This document shows positions 51,956-61,756 of a stretch of DNA of 64,000 nt, in pieces. The DNA lies in assembly GCA_965223335.1 (NCBI GenBank), contig OZ244991.1, positions 2,368,001 through 2,432,000 on the forward strand, in the 5' to 3' direction. The DNA is from Thermodesulfobacteriota bacterium (GTDB taxonomy: Bacteria > Desulfobacterota_D > UBA1144 > Nemesobacterales > UBA2774). The notes under the pieces are model-generated. The model searched no databases. It saw only the letters and a program-made list of their open reading frames with translations, and was not told where the DNA came from. How positions within the stretch are numbered: position 1 is the stretch's first letter; the number at the start of each line of letters is the position of its first letter. A program made the translations under genes and the position numbers.

Positions 51956-52165
51956 TAGTGTCGCAGACACTAGGTCCGACATTACAGTCGATTCGCGTTA
52001 AAAAAATAGCGCAATGGAGTCGTAAATTGCACACTGAGTGTGCTCTCATAACTTATACGTCAATCTTTTGTTATGCCGCGGCGCGAGCCGTGACGGAATT
52101 AGCTATTTTTAGCTAATCGCTGTTAGTCGGTGATTTTTGCCTACTTTTCATCATGGAAAAGTAGG
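51956..52165. repeat. Three-hairpin element type B, alternative apex
   Basis: tagtgtcgcagacacta; cctactttt/aaaagtagg. Confidence 0.85.
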
Positions 52166-52259
52166 AAGGTAAACAGGAAATTAGTTGCGATCTACTAAGA
52201 CAATTCCCTTATATGCATTTGTATCCCTTTCATACTATTTGAATGGGCTCTGGGCCCCC

Positions 52260-53540
52260 TCAAAACTGTATTGAAATCTCGGCCCTCATCACAAACGCAT
52301 CATCGGCCTCGGGTCCAAACGCCTTACCCGGGATGAAGTACCCAAACGTCAGCAACCCCGCCCAGCCCCTTTGCTCATTCTCGTAGCCGAATATAAGGTC
52401 AATCTCGTTCCCAAGCTCTTTATCGACACCGTTTGGGTCGGTCTCAATTGCAGTCTCGCGAATCTCGTCCGACGCCGCAGTCTGGCGATAATAGTGATAT
52501 ACCAGGTCAACCGAGCTCTCCTCGGTGGGTGCAATCCCCACCCCGGCTGTGAAAATCGACATATTGCTTAACTCCGGCAAAAAGAGCTCTCCGTAATAGT
52601 TAAAATCGGCAGCCCCGTTAAAATCGCTCTGGTTCCCTTGAAGCCCCGTCTGCTGAAACTGCTTGCTGCCAAACGCATAGGCCAGTGTCACAGAGGGCTC
52701 AAGCCCCACCTCAAACACATAATTGGCCCCAATGTCTAGCCCCACACCGTTTATGTTTGTGTCGCCGTCCTCACCAAACACATATGCAAGCTCTAGCCAG
52801 CCCGCAAGGCTCTCGGTAATATCCCCGTCCGAGTGTATCCCGATAAATATTGGGCTTTCGTTGGCCCCCGTACGATCGCGCCTAGCCACCAGATAAGCCG
52901 CCGCAATAGCCTCTTCGCTAAGCTCATAGGTCAGGTATGCGATAAAATTGTTTATCTTCTCGTCCCTCTCCCCACGCAATAGGTCGCGATACACAAACCC
53001 GCCCGAGCTAAACGAAAACCCTGCCACAAACCTGGGCAGCAATATGAATGCCCTCGCCGCATCCAGGTCGGCGTCATACAGCCACTGACGCTCGTCCTCA
53101 AACCTCTGGCGCCCGATCTGAAACGCAAGCCTCTCGCCCCACAGGTTTTTAAACATCACATAGGCCTGCTCCAACTCCACAACCACCTTGTCCTCCTCGA
53201 GCTCATCATCCCGCCAAAGCAGCTCCCATATGAGCGAACCCACGGCAAAGGCCTGAAAATGCTCGCTGGGATCGTATGACACAGACAGAGTAAATGCAGG
53301 TTCTAAAAAGTGGAGGTCCCCTTTCCCATTTCGCTTAAGTTCGGCATTGCGCAGCCATACATACTCGGTCTCAAGCTCAATCCCCACCCTAAGGTCAGGT
53401 GCAATCTCTATCTTTGGTTCGGGCGGCGCGTTGGGGTTAAACGTGCCACCACGCTTTTCCTGCGCATAAGAGTCCTTTACACAGACCACACACAGCACCA
53501 TGACCACAGTTATCCCTACAATACATACAAGGGGTCTCAA
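52260..53540 (-). CDS. Alginate-export (AlgE-like) outer-membrane beta-barrel
   Basis: Signal peptide, GRQRF.D.R.W.YD.DLD, F.QTGLQ.N, PELSN, terminal Phe. Confidence 0.8.
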   Translation of the reverse strand: MRPLVCIVGITVVMVLCVVCVKDSYAQEKRGGTFNPNAPPEPKIEIAPDLRVGIELETEYVWLRNAELKRNGKGDLHFLEPAFTLSVSYDPSEHFQAFAVGSLIWELLWRDDELEEDKVVVELEQAYVMFKNLWGERLAFQIGRQRFEDERQWLYDADLDAARAFILLPRFVAGFSFSSGGFVYRDLLRGERDEKINNFIAYLTYELSEEAIAAAYLVARRDRTGANESPIFIGIHSDGDITESLAGWLELAYVFGEDGDTNINGVGLDIGANYVFEVGLEPSVTLAYAFGSKQFQQTGLQGNQSDFNGAADFNYYGELFLPELSNMSIFTAGVGIAPTEESSVDLVYHYYRQTAASDEIRETAIETDPNGVDKELGNEIDLIFGYENEQRGWAGLLTFGYFIPGKAFGPEADDAFVMRAEISIQF

Positions 53541-54976
53541 GGCGACTGTCCCTCGGCGACTGAAAAACTCGTACCAGCCTCCCCCACAGGTATTGTCACA
53601 GTAAACACCGATCCCTTCTCGGGCGCACTCTCTAGCTCGACACTACCCCCATGCGCACCCACCACGGCACGCACCAGGCTAAGCCCCAGCCCGTACCCCT
53701 CGTGCGAGCGGCTTATGTCACTCCGGTATAGCCTCTCCCACACCCTCTTTTGCTCCGCCTCGGCCACACCCACCCCCGTGTCGCTCACGCTTATGGTTGC
53801 GGTATCCGTATCGGCCCCGCCGTCGATCCGCACCTCCCCGCCCGGCTCCGTGTACTTCACTGCGTTATCCAGCAGGTTGGCAAACACCTGGCGCATCATG
53901 CGCCGGTCCACCGCCGCAAAAACCTCTGCCGGCAGGTTGTTTTCAATCGCTAACCCCTTCTCCTCAGCCACAATACTGTATATATCGGTCACCTCGTTTA
54001 TGACCTCTGTTACGTTTACCCATGTTTTATCGAGCTTTATCGCCCCCGACTCGGCCGCCGAGATGTCCAGCAGCGTGTTAAAAATCTCGACTATCCTGTC
54101 CGACTCCTCTATACAGTCGCTTACGGTCTCGCGCAGCTGTTCTACATCGCCCGGGTTTACCAGTGCAATCTCTGCCGAGCCGCGCAGCCTGGCAAGCGGC
54201 GTGCGCAGGTCGTGCGCAATGCTGTCGAGCGCCCCTCGCATCCCCGCCAACAACAGCTCTATCCTCTCTAGCATAGCGTTTAGCATGTTAATAAGCTCTG
54301 TGTGCACCTCGTCCCGCGTGCGCAGCGCCACCCGCTCGTCCACCCGCCCGCTCTTTACTATCGAGTTTAGTGTGCGCAGTATCTCGCGTATGGGGTTTAG
54401 CGACTGGTCGGCCATATACACGGCACCCAGGTACGCAATCAGCACTAGTGGTATCAAGAACAACAGGTATATCCGCCTCAGGTCCGCCAACAGCTCCTCG
54501 CGCTCCTCTACTTCGTGCCCCACTTGTATGACTCCCCCGTCCACAAGCGCCGCACTGGTAAACTCATACACCGGAGCGTCCGAGTCCCTCGACTCAAGCA
54601 CGGTCCACCCCGCATACGCACGATAGTCGAGCCCCCTCACCTCTTCGGGGTCGAAATCCTCCCACACCACAGGCACACTCTCCACTATTGTTGTGCCGCC
54701 CGTGCCCACGAGCCTCACGTAGTATGCATCCCGCTCTAGCTCGTCCTCGCGCAGCTCCTCTGTTAATAACTCTAGGCCCTCCTGCTCATAGCTCTCTATA
54801 TATTCCGCAAGCTCCCCGCGTATTTCCTCGCGGCTCTGGTCGTGTATATACGATGAAATAAAGCTGTATATATAAAGGTTTATGCCCACAGAACACACTA
54901 TAAACAGCAGCGTGTACATGGTGATGAGCCTAAAACTGCCAGACTTCCACAAGAGCCTAGGATTCTTTAAGAACAT
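53537..54976 (-). CDS. Sensor histidine kinase (HAMP-HisKA-HATPase)
   Basis: IAHDLRTPL, NLLDNAVKY, DTGVG, GYGLGL; two TM segments. Confidence 0.95.
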   Translation of the reverse strand: MFLKNPRLLWKSGSFRLITMYTLLFIVCSVGINLYIYSFISSYIHDQSREEIRGELAEYIESYEQEGLELLTEELREDELERDAYYVRLVGTGGTTIVESVPVVWEDFDPEEVRGLDYRAYAGWTVLESRDSDAPVYEFTSAALVDGGVIQVGHEVEEREELLADLRRIYLLFLIPLVLIAYLGAVYMADQSLNPIREILRTLNSIVKSGRVDERVALRTRDEVHTELINMLNAMLERIELLLAGMRGALDSIAHDLRTPLARLRGSAEIALVNPGDVEQLRETVSDCIEESDRIVEIFNTLLDISAAESGAIKLDKTWVNVTEVINEVTDIYSIVAEEKGLAIENNLPAEVFAAVDRRMMRQVFANLLDNAVKYTEPGGEVRIDGGADTDTATISVSDTGVGVAEAEQKRVWERLYRSDISRSHEGYGLGLSLVRAVVGAHGGSVELESAPEKGSVFTVTIPVGEAGTSFSVAEGQSP

Positions 54977-55634
54977 ATCCTACACCCCTTATCGTATGTA
55001 TGAGTTTAGTGGGGAATCCCCGGTCCACCTTGTTGCGCAGCCGACACACCAGCACATCCACCACGTTGGTCTGAGGGTCGAAATCATAGCTCCACACGTG
55101 CTCCATGATCATGGTCTTGGACAGCACCCGTTCCTTGTTGCGCATGAAATATTCCAAGAGCACAAACTCCCTGGGTTGTAGAGCGATGTCCTGCCCCCCG
55201 CGGGCCACAAGCCTGGTCATAAGGTCCACTCGCAAGTCCCCCGCCTCCAATGTACTGCCGTTTTGCGCCCCACCGCTCGAGCGCCGGATAAGGGCCTGTA
55301 CCCTGGCCTGCAGCTCTGCAAACGAAAACGGCTTTACCAGGTAATCGTCCCCGCCGCTCTCAAGCCCTTTTACTCGATCTTGTACTGAGTTTCGTGCACT
55401 AAGTATTATTATGGGGGTGTTCACACGGCTCTTTCGCGCCCTCGATATCACATCGAGTCCCCCAAGCCCGGGCAGCATCAGGTCCACCACCGCGGCATCG
55501 TATTCCTCACCCTCAAGCATCTCTAGGCCCGTCTCGCCGTCGTGCGTGGCGTCCACCGAGAACCCGCCCTCTTTAAACCCCCGAGTAATAAACGACACTA
55601 TCTTCTTATCGTCTTCTATGATCAAGAGTCTCAA
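54957..55634 (-). CDS. OmpR-family response regulator (CusR/CzcR-like)
   Basis: IEDD, DLMLP, DDYLVKPF, TNVVDV, HTIRGVGY. Confidence 0.95.
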   Translation of the reverse strand: MRLLIIEDDKKIVSFITRGFKEGGFSVDATHDGETGLEMLEGEEYDAAVVDLMLPGLGGLDVISRARKSRVNTPIIILSARNSVQDRVKGLESGGDDYLVKPFSFAELQARVQALIRRSSGGAQNGSTLEAGDLRVDLMTRLVARGGQDIALQPREFVLLEYFMRNKERVLSKTMIMEHVWSYDFDPQTNVVDVLVCRLRNKVDRGFPTKLIHTIRGVGYVLKES

Positions 55635-55830
55635 CGTGCCCCTCCCACAAGGCCGGTTCTCTCCATCCCCTCACTTACTCGAATCATACCACGATTCCTC
55701 ACAAAACATGCCTATTTTGTAATTATTCAAGCCATCACATACCTTATATATCGTCTCAACTATGTACCCTAACTCTCCTATATATATGTAATAATAATGA
55801 CACCTTTAATGACGCTGCGATTCCCGGCCC

Positions 55831-55863
55831 AAACATTACAAATCTGTAATGTTTTTGTAATGT
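55831..55863. promoter_or_regulatory. Putative response-regulator box
   Basis: aaacattaca-aatc-tgtaatgttt palindrome plus a tgtaatgt direct repeat at 11-bp period, between divergent genes. Confidence 0.6.
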
Positions 55864-55883
55864 AACCACCATTTTTATGATGT

Positions 55884-56690
55884 ATGCTTACTAATAGCCA
55901 AGGGAACAGGGACAAAACAATAAGAACATTCATACTAGCCATACTTCTGGTCATTGGCCCGGTGGGGGCTTTTGCGCAGGATTCCGAGCCCACAACCGGG
56001 GGCGAGAACTTTACACAGTACCTCACGCGCACCATGCCGCGAAATCTGTGGCTCGGCACCAAAAACACTTTCTGGGGCTGGAACCTGGCACTACTCGGCG
56101 TGGGCAGCGGCTCGGCTCTTCTACTCTCCCAGACCGATGCCGATTTGGACATACAAGACGACCTTGTGGACTCGCTCGGTGGAGCATCCAAGATCGGCGA
56201 CATTGCGGGCAACGCAGGGACCATAGCGGGGATTACTGCCGGTACGTTCCTCGTAGCGACCTTTACCGAGAACCAAAAGTTACTAGAAACCTCAAAGGCG
56301 CTTATCGAGGCCGAGATTCTCACGGCAGTTGCTACTACGGGGCTTAAACTGGCCTTTGGGCGCGAGCGTCCCGACCGCTCGGGCAGCCGCTTTAGCTCGT
56401 CGTTTCCCTCGGGGCATACCTCGGGCAGTTTTACGCTGGCTACGGTTTTTGACCAAATGTACGGTCACAAGGTGGGCATCCCGCTTTACCTGGCCGCGGG
56501 ATTCGTAGGCTGGTCACGTATATCCGACAACAAGCATTTTCTCTCGGACGTTATCTTCGGCGCCGCCATGGGGACGGCTATTGGACGCGCCGTCACCGCC
56601 ATCCACAAAAACAAGCAAATGAAACCCTACACCATCCTCCCCTACTCCAACGGAGCCTCTAGCGGGATTATGTTTACGTATAGATGGTGA
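55884..56690 (+). CDS. PAP2-family phosphatase
   Basis: K...GRERP, SFPSGH, SRI...KH..SDV..G. Confidence 0.9.
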   Translation: MLTNSQGNRDKTIRTFILAILLVIGPVGAFAQDSEPTTGGENFTQYLTRTMPRNLWLGTKNTFWGWNLALLGVGSGSALLLSQTDADLDIQDDLVDSLGGASKIGDIAGNAGTIAGITAGTFLVATFTENQKLLETSKALIEAEILTAVATTGLKLAFGRERPDRSGSRFSSSFPSGHTSGSFTLATVFDQMYGHKVGIPLYLAAGFVGWSRISDNKHFLSDVIFGAAMGTAIGRAVTAIHKNKQMKPYTILPYSNGASSGIMFTYRW

Positions 56691-56795
56691 GTAGAATACT
56701 CATTAAGAATTTGGATCTTCCGTACAAAAATACTTAATCGTATCAATCGATATTTGGGCCTTTAAGAATATATTAATCATATATATAATAAATTT

Positions 56796-58124
56796 GTGGG
56801 AAAGATAATAAGAGATCCGGTACATAATATTATAGAAATTGACGATGATGCTCTTAGAATAATAGATACAAATACTTTTCAACGTTTAAGACGTATTAGA
56901 CAGTTGGGTCTTGCTTGGCAGGTATACCCAAGTGCCGAACATAGTAGATTCACACATTCAATTGGAGTATATCACTTATCTAACAGGTTATTCGAAGTAC
57001 TTAAAGCTCAATCCGGCGAACATGGAAACATTAAAAAAGATCAACTTAATGAATTAGATGAGCACAAGAAAGTAGCCGAGTTATCAGCTTTACTTCATGA
57101 TGTTGGTCACGGTGCATTCAGTCATACCTTAGAGAAAGTAATCAAGGATATGGGTGGCACATTTGAACATGAAAATATGACAAAGACTATTATTCTAGAT
57201 GATCCCGGGATTAATAAAGTATTAAAGAGTATTGACAATGAATTACCTGAACAAATTTGCAATGTCATAGACAAAGAGTACGAAAGTGAAATCGTTACAA
57301 TGATTGTATCAAGTCAACTCGATGCAGATAGAATGGATTATTTATTAAGAGATTCTCATATGACTGGAGCTAAATATGGCTCATATGATCTCGAATGGAT
57401 ATTGCGAAATATACAAATAAGAACAACAGATGATGATGTAGATAACCCAGGAATGATGGTGATTGCAGTTGATTTGTCAAAATGTTTAAATGCAATTGAA
57501 CAATATTTACTTGGTCGCTTTTATATGTATAAACATGTATACAATCATAAAGTTGTTAACGGTTTTGAGAATTTAATAACAGGCATTTTCAAACATGTAT
57601 TAACAGAACAACCTAATTTTGATGGCATTAAAGCTCTTGTGCAGTTATCACAAGATTCTCTTCCTCTAGAAAATTTTATTGAAATTGATGACTTTTGTGT
57701 TATAGAATGGTTCAAGACGTGGTATAATGAAACTAGTGATCCAGTTCTTACAAATTTACTACAAAGATTTTTCAATAGGCAACCTCTTAAAGTAATAGAA
57801 GTAGAAGCAGATAACTTTGAAGACACATACCAAACACTTGCAAATTATTGTTCGGACTTAGGTCTAGATAAAGAATATTTTCTATATTCTGATAAGGATG
57901 CAGGGACTAGATTAATTAAAGAATCTGATGATATCAAAAATCTCACACAAAATATCTATGTGTTTGATAAAGATGGTTCAGTAAATAAAATAGGAAATGT
58001 GAAATCTAGCTTGCTAGGCCAAATTAGATACCCATTTGAAGAAAATTTCTTCAGGTTTTATGTAGTTGAAGAAGTTTATGAAAAATTCATAGAGGAGGAC
58101 AAATACAAAAATGGCAATACCTAA
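56796..58124 (+). CDS. HD-domain phosphohydrolase (YwfO/SAMHD1-like)
   Basis: IRDPVH, FQRLRRIRQLG, HSRFTHSIG, LLHDVGHG.FSH, LDADRMDYL.RD, R..MY..VY.H. Confidence 0.92.
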   Translation: MGKIIRDPVHNIIEIDDDALRIIDTNTFQRLRRIRQLGLAWQVYPSAEHSRFTHSIGVYHLSNRLFEVLKAQSGEHGNIKKDQLNELDEHKKVAELSALLHDVGHGAFSHTLEKVIKDMGGTFEHENMTKTIILDDPGINKVLKSIDNELPEQICNVIDKEYESEIVTMIVSSQLDADRMDYLLRDSHMTGAKYGSYDLEWILRNIQIRTTDDDVDNPGMMVIAVDLSKCLNAIEQYLLGRFYMYKHVYNHKVVNGFENLITGIFKHVLTEQPNFDGIKALVQLSQDSLPLENFIEIDDFCVIEWFKTWYNETSDPVLTNLLQRFFNRQPLKVIEVEADNFEDTYQTLANYCSDLGLDKEYFLYSDKDAGTRLIKESDDIKNLTQNIYVFDKDGSVNKIGNVKSSLLGQIRYPFEENFFRFYVVEEVYEKFIEEDKYKNGNT

Positions 58125-58605
58125 AATCACAGATAGAATTGACCAATTATGTGATTTGCTTAATGTCTTAGGTGGAACAATTGACGGAAGAAAAAAATTT
58201 CAAAAGATCGTATTTATAGCATCTGAGCTTAATAAGTTACCAAATAAATATCGTGATTTTAATTGGAATTATTATGGCGTATATTCCTACGAATTAGCTC
58301 ATGATATAGATATTGCTAATAGATTAAACTATTTAAAGGAAGAAGATGACGAGGCTGGGTATATTTACGAACTAACCAAAAAAGGTACAGAAATAGATCA
58401 TAACTTACAATTACCTGAAAATTTAATCTCTATATTTACAGAAAATAACTCACGTTTTTTAGAAGTACTTAGCTCAATTGTTTACTTTGCAAGAAAAACC
58501 CCAAATGACGAAGAAATTAAAAATAAATTGCATAAATTTAAAGGTCACTTAAAATCCTATTTTGATGATGCATTTGCAACATACCACGAACTTAAAAGCA
58601 TATAA
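58111..58605 (+). CDS. YwgA-like wHTH protein
   Basis: IDGRKKFQKIVFI, F.W..YG.YS.EL, YELT.KG, FLE..S.I.Y. Confidence 0.7.
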   Translation: MAIPKITDRIDQLCDLLNVLGGTIDGRKKFQKIVFIASELNKLPNKYRDFNWNYYGVYSYELAHDIDIANRLNYLKEEDDEAGYIYELTKKGTEIDHNLQLPENLISIFTENNSRFLEVLSSIVYFARKTPNDEEIKNKLHKFKGHLKSYFDDAFATYHELKSI

Positions 58606-58645
58606 ACTATATTTCACTCCAGAAATTTATGAATCTATATACTTA

Positions 58646-58870
58646 CTATACTATTTTATTTAGTAGGACATAGATCACTAATATACAAGTTGTCACTGTT
58701 GTAGTTATCAAAAATATTGACAATAAGCACCCTTTCCCACCCGTAACAATTCTACCAATCTTCCGTTGTCTGCCCGATTTTGTTAATGGCACGCCTGTAG
58801 CTCTTGATACTCTACGCTTAGCTTTTGTTACTCCAGTCATCCTTTTCCACGAGAACCCCCATTTGCCCAT
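58646..58870 (-). CDS. Small basic protein with a C-terminal TM
   Basis: GFSWKR..G....K..VSR.TG.P.TKSGRQRK.G; GAGGT SD. Confidence 0.65.
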   Translation of the reverse strand: MGKWGFSWKRMTGVTKAKRRVSRATGVPLTKSGRQRKIGRIVTGGKGCLLSIFLITTTVTTCILVIYVLLNKIV

Positions 58871-58944
58871 ATCTCACCTCTCACCAATTTATTGGCAAAG
58901 CAGTAAGTCTTTCTGTGCATTTAGTGAATATAATCTTCAAATAA

Positions 58945-59229
58945 CTAACAACTACCGGATTCACACTCGCATCCACATCCCCAATCACGGTGGCAGTGAC
59001 ACTCCCCTGTCTTGCGGTTGAAATGGCACCCACAACTATTCAATCCACCACCATGGGCATATAAAGGGGCTTGAAAAATACTCGTATCAAAAAGGTCATG
59101 ATCAGGTGTCAGGTCATGTATGCTAAATTCGACCTTTGAGATTGGATAATTATTATCCACATCTACAATGCTTGATGACATTGGTATCACTAAGGAAAAT
59201 ACAAATACTAATAATATAAGTCTCTGCAT
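58945..59229 (-). CDS. YHYH-domain-like secreted protein
   Basis: Signal peptide; AHGGGLNSCGCH.NRKTGECHCH. Confidence 0.65.
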   Translation of the reverse strand: MQRLILLVFVFSLVIPMSSSIVDVDNNYPISKVEFSIHDLTPDHDLFDTSIFQAPLYAHGGGLNSCGCHFNRKTGECHCHRDWGCGCECESGSC

Positions 59230-59320
59230 TGCCTCACCCCCTTTTCCGTAATCAATAACAAAGAGCATTATATTCTTTATTATTAAACGATTATCTCACT
59301 CGACTGTTAACTTGTCAACC

Positions 59321-59581
59321 TCACCCTATCCTCGTACCGCATTTCGGGCAATTATCCGGGATCCAGGGGGTCCAGGAGTAGGTCCCTATCCAAGGCAGCT
59401 TGTTATATAGGATAGGCTTGTCACAGTAAACACACTTAAGCGTCTGCAGGTAATACGCAAAACCCAGTATCGGAAAGATCGCCAATGTAAAAATCAGATA
59501 ACCAAATTCCCTCGCCATCAAAAACAGCAATACCATCACCACCACATATCCCACCATCGCCCCCCTCGCCTTCTTTCTCAT
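59321..59581 (-). CDS. Two-TM zinc-ribbon protein
   Basis: CVYC...W.PWIPDNCPKCG; paralog of 60534. Confidence 0.65.
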   Translation of the reverse strand: MRKKARGAMVGYVVVMVLLFLMAREFGYLIFTLAIFPILGFAYYLQTLKCVYCDKPILYNKLPWIGTYSWTPWIPDNCPKCGTRIG

Positions 59582-59635
59582 ATCCTGTCCACCAATAACT
59601 CGTACAATGTTCCTATATACATGGCATTCATGTAC

Positions 59636-60163
59636 CTATTTCTGCGAATGAACCAGTTTTTCAATCGTGTTCATAGGCATAAACAATCTATCCTTTTGAT
59701 CTGGGAATTGTTCGAAACCGTATCTTATATAGAACTTCTCCGCCCCATGCTTTGCATCCACTACCATAGCGTACGCAGCTACCTCACTCGTCGCATTATA
59801 TGCCCTCTCCATCGCATCGTACAACAGCACCCCTCCAAGCCCAAGTCCTTTGTACTTGAGGTCAACCGCAAGCCTTCCCAAAAGGGCCACAGGCACATCG
59901 GTGTATCTTGGCAGCTTTTTTATAACTTCTTGGGGAAGGTCCCAAAGCAATATACTTTTCATAGAAAGGGTATAGAACCCGGCCACAACACCCGAGTCCT
60001 GCTCAACCAAGATAAACGGAGCAGCCACATTGCGCCTGGCATCTTGCCCTATCTGTTTTTTGAAATAATTATTAAGAGCCTCCATACCACAATCAAAAGT
60101 ATCTCGTTTAATACTTTTCTGAAATGCTACAACAGAGAAGTTCTTGTCTCTTTTGCTAGTCAC
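59636..60163 (-). CDS. GNAT-family toxin (AtaT/TacT-like)
   Basis: FDCG...LN, GFYTL, PVALLGRLAVD...G.G.G..LL.DA, VVDAK, FY..YGF. Confidence 0.88.
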   Translation of the reverse strand: MTSKRDKNFSVVAFQKSIKRDTFDCGMEALNNYFKKQIGQDARRNVAAPFILVEQDSGVVAGFYTLSMKSILLWDLPQEVIKKLPRYTDVPVALLGRLAVDLKYKGLGLGGVLLYDAMERAYNATSEVAAYAMVVDAKHGAEKFYIRYGFEQFPDQKDRLFMPMNTIEKLVHSQK

Positions 60164-60474
60164 TTATTCTTTAGGATTTTGCGGTGCAGTTTCGCGGCTT
60201 TCTTAAGCTCTTTATTGGGTGCTTTTGGTTTGATAAGCGTTTTTACAAATGCAAGGCTATCAGCCATCGAAAGCCGAATGAGGGCGTCATCCTGCGACTT
60301 ATCTATAACCTCTTGCGCTGCTAGGATTGCTGATGACCTCACATATTCAGACATACTTCTCCCCAAGATATCAGCCGCTTGTTGAATAAGTTTTTTCTCA
60401 TTCTCTGGTAGTCTAATATCTATACGCTCTTTGTTATTACGAGCATTCTCTTTATAAGTTTGCAATCTCGCCAT
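60160..60474 (-). CDS. DUF1778 RHH antitoxin
   Basis: ERIDIRL....K..I.QAA...G.SMSEYV..SA..AAQEVI, P.PN..L..A; overlaps the toxin start. Confidence 0.88.
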   Translation of the reverse strand: MARLQTYKENARNNKERIDIRLPENEKKLIQQAADILGRSMSEYVRSSAILAAQEVIDKSQDDALIRLSMADSLAFVKTLIKPKAPNKELKKAAKLHRKILKNK

Positions 60475-60494
60475 TTTTTAACCCCCACAATTAT

Positions 60495-60515
60495 TGTACG
60501 GCACTTTACCGTACA
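60495..60515. promoter_or_regulatory. Inverted-repeat operator of the GNAT TA operon
   Basis: tgtacgg-N7-ccgtaca just upstream of the antitoxin. Confidence 0.65.
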
Positions 60516-60533
60516 TATCAAGTACCATCCCCC

Positions 60534-60794
60534 TCAGTCAATCCTCTCTCCGCATTTTGTGCAGTTGTCCGGTATCCACGGGCTCCAGTCCCGCGGGCTT
60601 AGCGACATCAAGTGGTTGTATATAACCGGGTCCCCGCAACTTCGACATTTCACCGTCCTTACATACCACACCGACACCACCAACAGCACCGCCAGTAATA
60701 CAAGGAAATATATCGAGACCTCAAACGCCAGAATCCCCATGCAAAACCCCACAAAAAAGTACAACCCCACCACCATCTTATACCTTTCTCTCAT
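60534..60794 (-). CDS. Two-TM zinc-ribbon protein
   Basis: CRSC...WSPWIPDNCTKCG; paralog of 59321. Confidence 0.65.
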   Translation of the reverse strand: MRERYKMVVGLYFFVGFCMGILAFEVSIYFLVLLAVLLVVSVWYVRTVKCRSCGDPVIYNHLMSLSPRDWSPWIPDNCTKCGERID

Positions 60795-60923
60795 GTCCCC
60801 TCCCTCACCCTAATTATATGCCCTGCTACTGTTATTATAATATGTAATTCATTATCAAATAATTATTTCACAGTAAATGCCGACAGTATATAGTAAATGG
60901 AAAGTTTCAATTATGTGTTAGAC

Positions 60924-60963
60924 AACATATGTTCTTGACAACATATTGTTGGAGGAGCATAAT
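60924..60963 (+). promoter_or_regulatory. Promoter/operator of the RelE-XRE operon
   Basis: TTGACA-N17-CATAAT; palindromes aacatatgtt (60924-60933) and caacatattgttg (60939-60951). Confidence 0.65.
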
Positions 60964-60968
60964 ATATA

Positions 60969-61343
60969 TTGAAATGGCAAGTTGAGCTCCATGATGAGTT
61001 TGAAAAGGAGTTTGATAAGTTATCAGAAAGCGTGCAAGACGAGATTTACGCCCTGGGCGAGGTGTTAAAAGTATTCGGTCCCGACTTGGGCAGACCCCGT
61101 GTCGACACGCTCAAGGGGTCCAAACACGCCAATATGAAGGAGTTAAGGTTTAACGTTGGCGATGGTGTATGGCGTGTCGCTTTTGCATTCGACCCCAGGC
61201 GCAAGGCCATTTTGCTTGTTGCGGGAGACAAATCGGGGGTTAGCTCTAAACGTTTTTATAAAGCACTAATAAACAAAGCCGATAAACGCTATGACAGCCA
61301 TCTCGCAACATTGGACTTAAATAAAAAGAAAGGGGACAAATAA
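60969..61343 (+). CDS. RelE/ParE (HigB/Gp49-like) toxin
   Basis: GPDLGRPRVDTLKGSKHANMKELR, WRVAFAFDP.RKAILLVAGDK. Confidence 0.9.
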   Translation: MKWQVELHDEFEKEFDKLSESVQDEIYALGEVLKVFGPDLGRPRVDTLKGSKHANMKELRFNVGDGVWRVAFAFDPRRKAILLVAGDKSGVSSKRFYKALINKADKRYDSHLATLDLNKKKGDK

Positions 61344-61672
61344 TGGGTAAAAGCCTAGACCAAAAAAGAAAGACACTCAGCAAAAAGCGCCAGGCAAAGA
61401 TTAAAGCCAGGGCAAACGAACTAATTGCTCAAGAGATGACCATGCGCGAACTCAGGAATGCTCGCAAGCTCACGCAAAAAGACGTGGCAAAAACACTTGG
61501 AATCAACCAAGACAATGTCTCACGTCTCGAGTCCCGTTCGGATGTGCTGTTATCTACTCTGGAAGATTACGTAAATTCACTGGGTGGTGAGCTTCGTATC
61601 GTTGCTGATTTCCCTGACTCAGAGCCCATCACCTTAACAATAAGCTCCCGTCCGGATAAACAAGCAAACTGA
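61343..61672 (+). CDS. XRE-family antitoxin (HigA-like)
   Basis: LTQKDVAKTLGINQDNVSRLE, LSTL..YV..LGG.L. Confidence 0.9.
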   Translation: MGKSLDQKRKTLSKKRQAKIKARANELIAQEMTMRELRNARKLTQKDVAKTLGINQDNVSRLESRSDVLLSTLEDYVNSLGGELRIVADFPDSEPITLTISSRPDKQAN

Positions 61673-61756
61673 GTGTGGTTTCATTACAAACCCATCAATT
61701 TCTTGATATGCCTGGGTCGCTAGACCCTCTTTTGATACGAATGGGTCTCTAGACCC

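Noticed and set aside
53310..54626. 438-aa + strand ORF
   Set aside because: Antisense to a clear histidine kinase gene
59621..60385. 254-aa + strand ORF
   Set aside because: Antisense to the GNAT/DUF1778 pair
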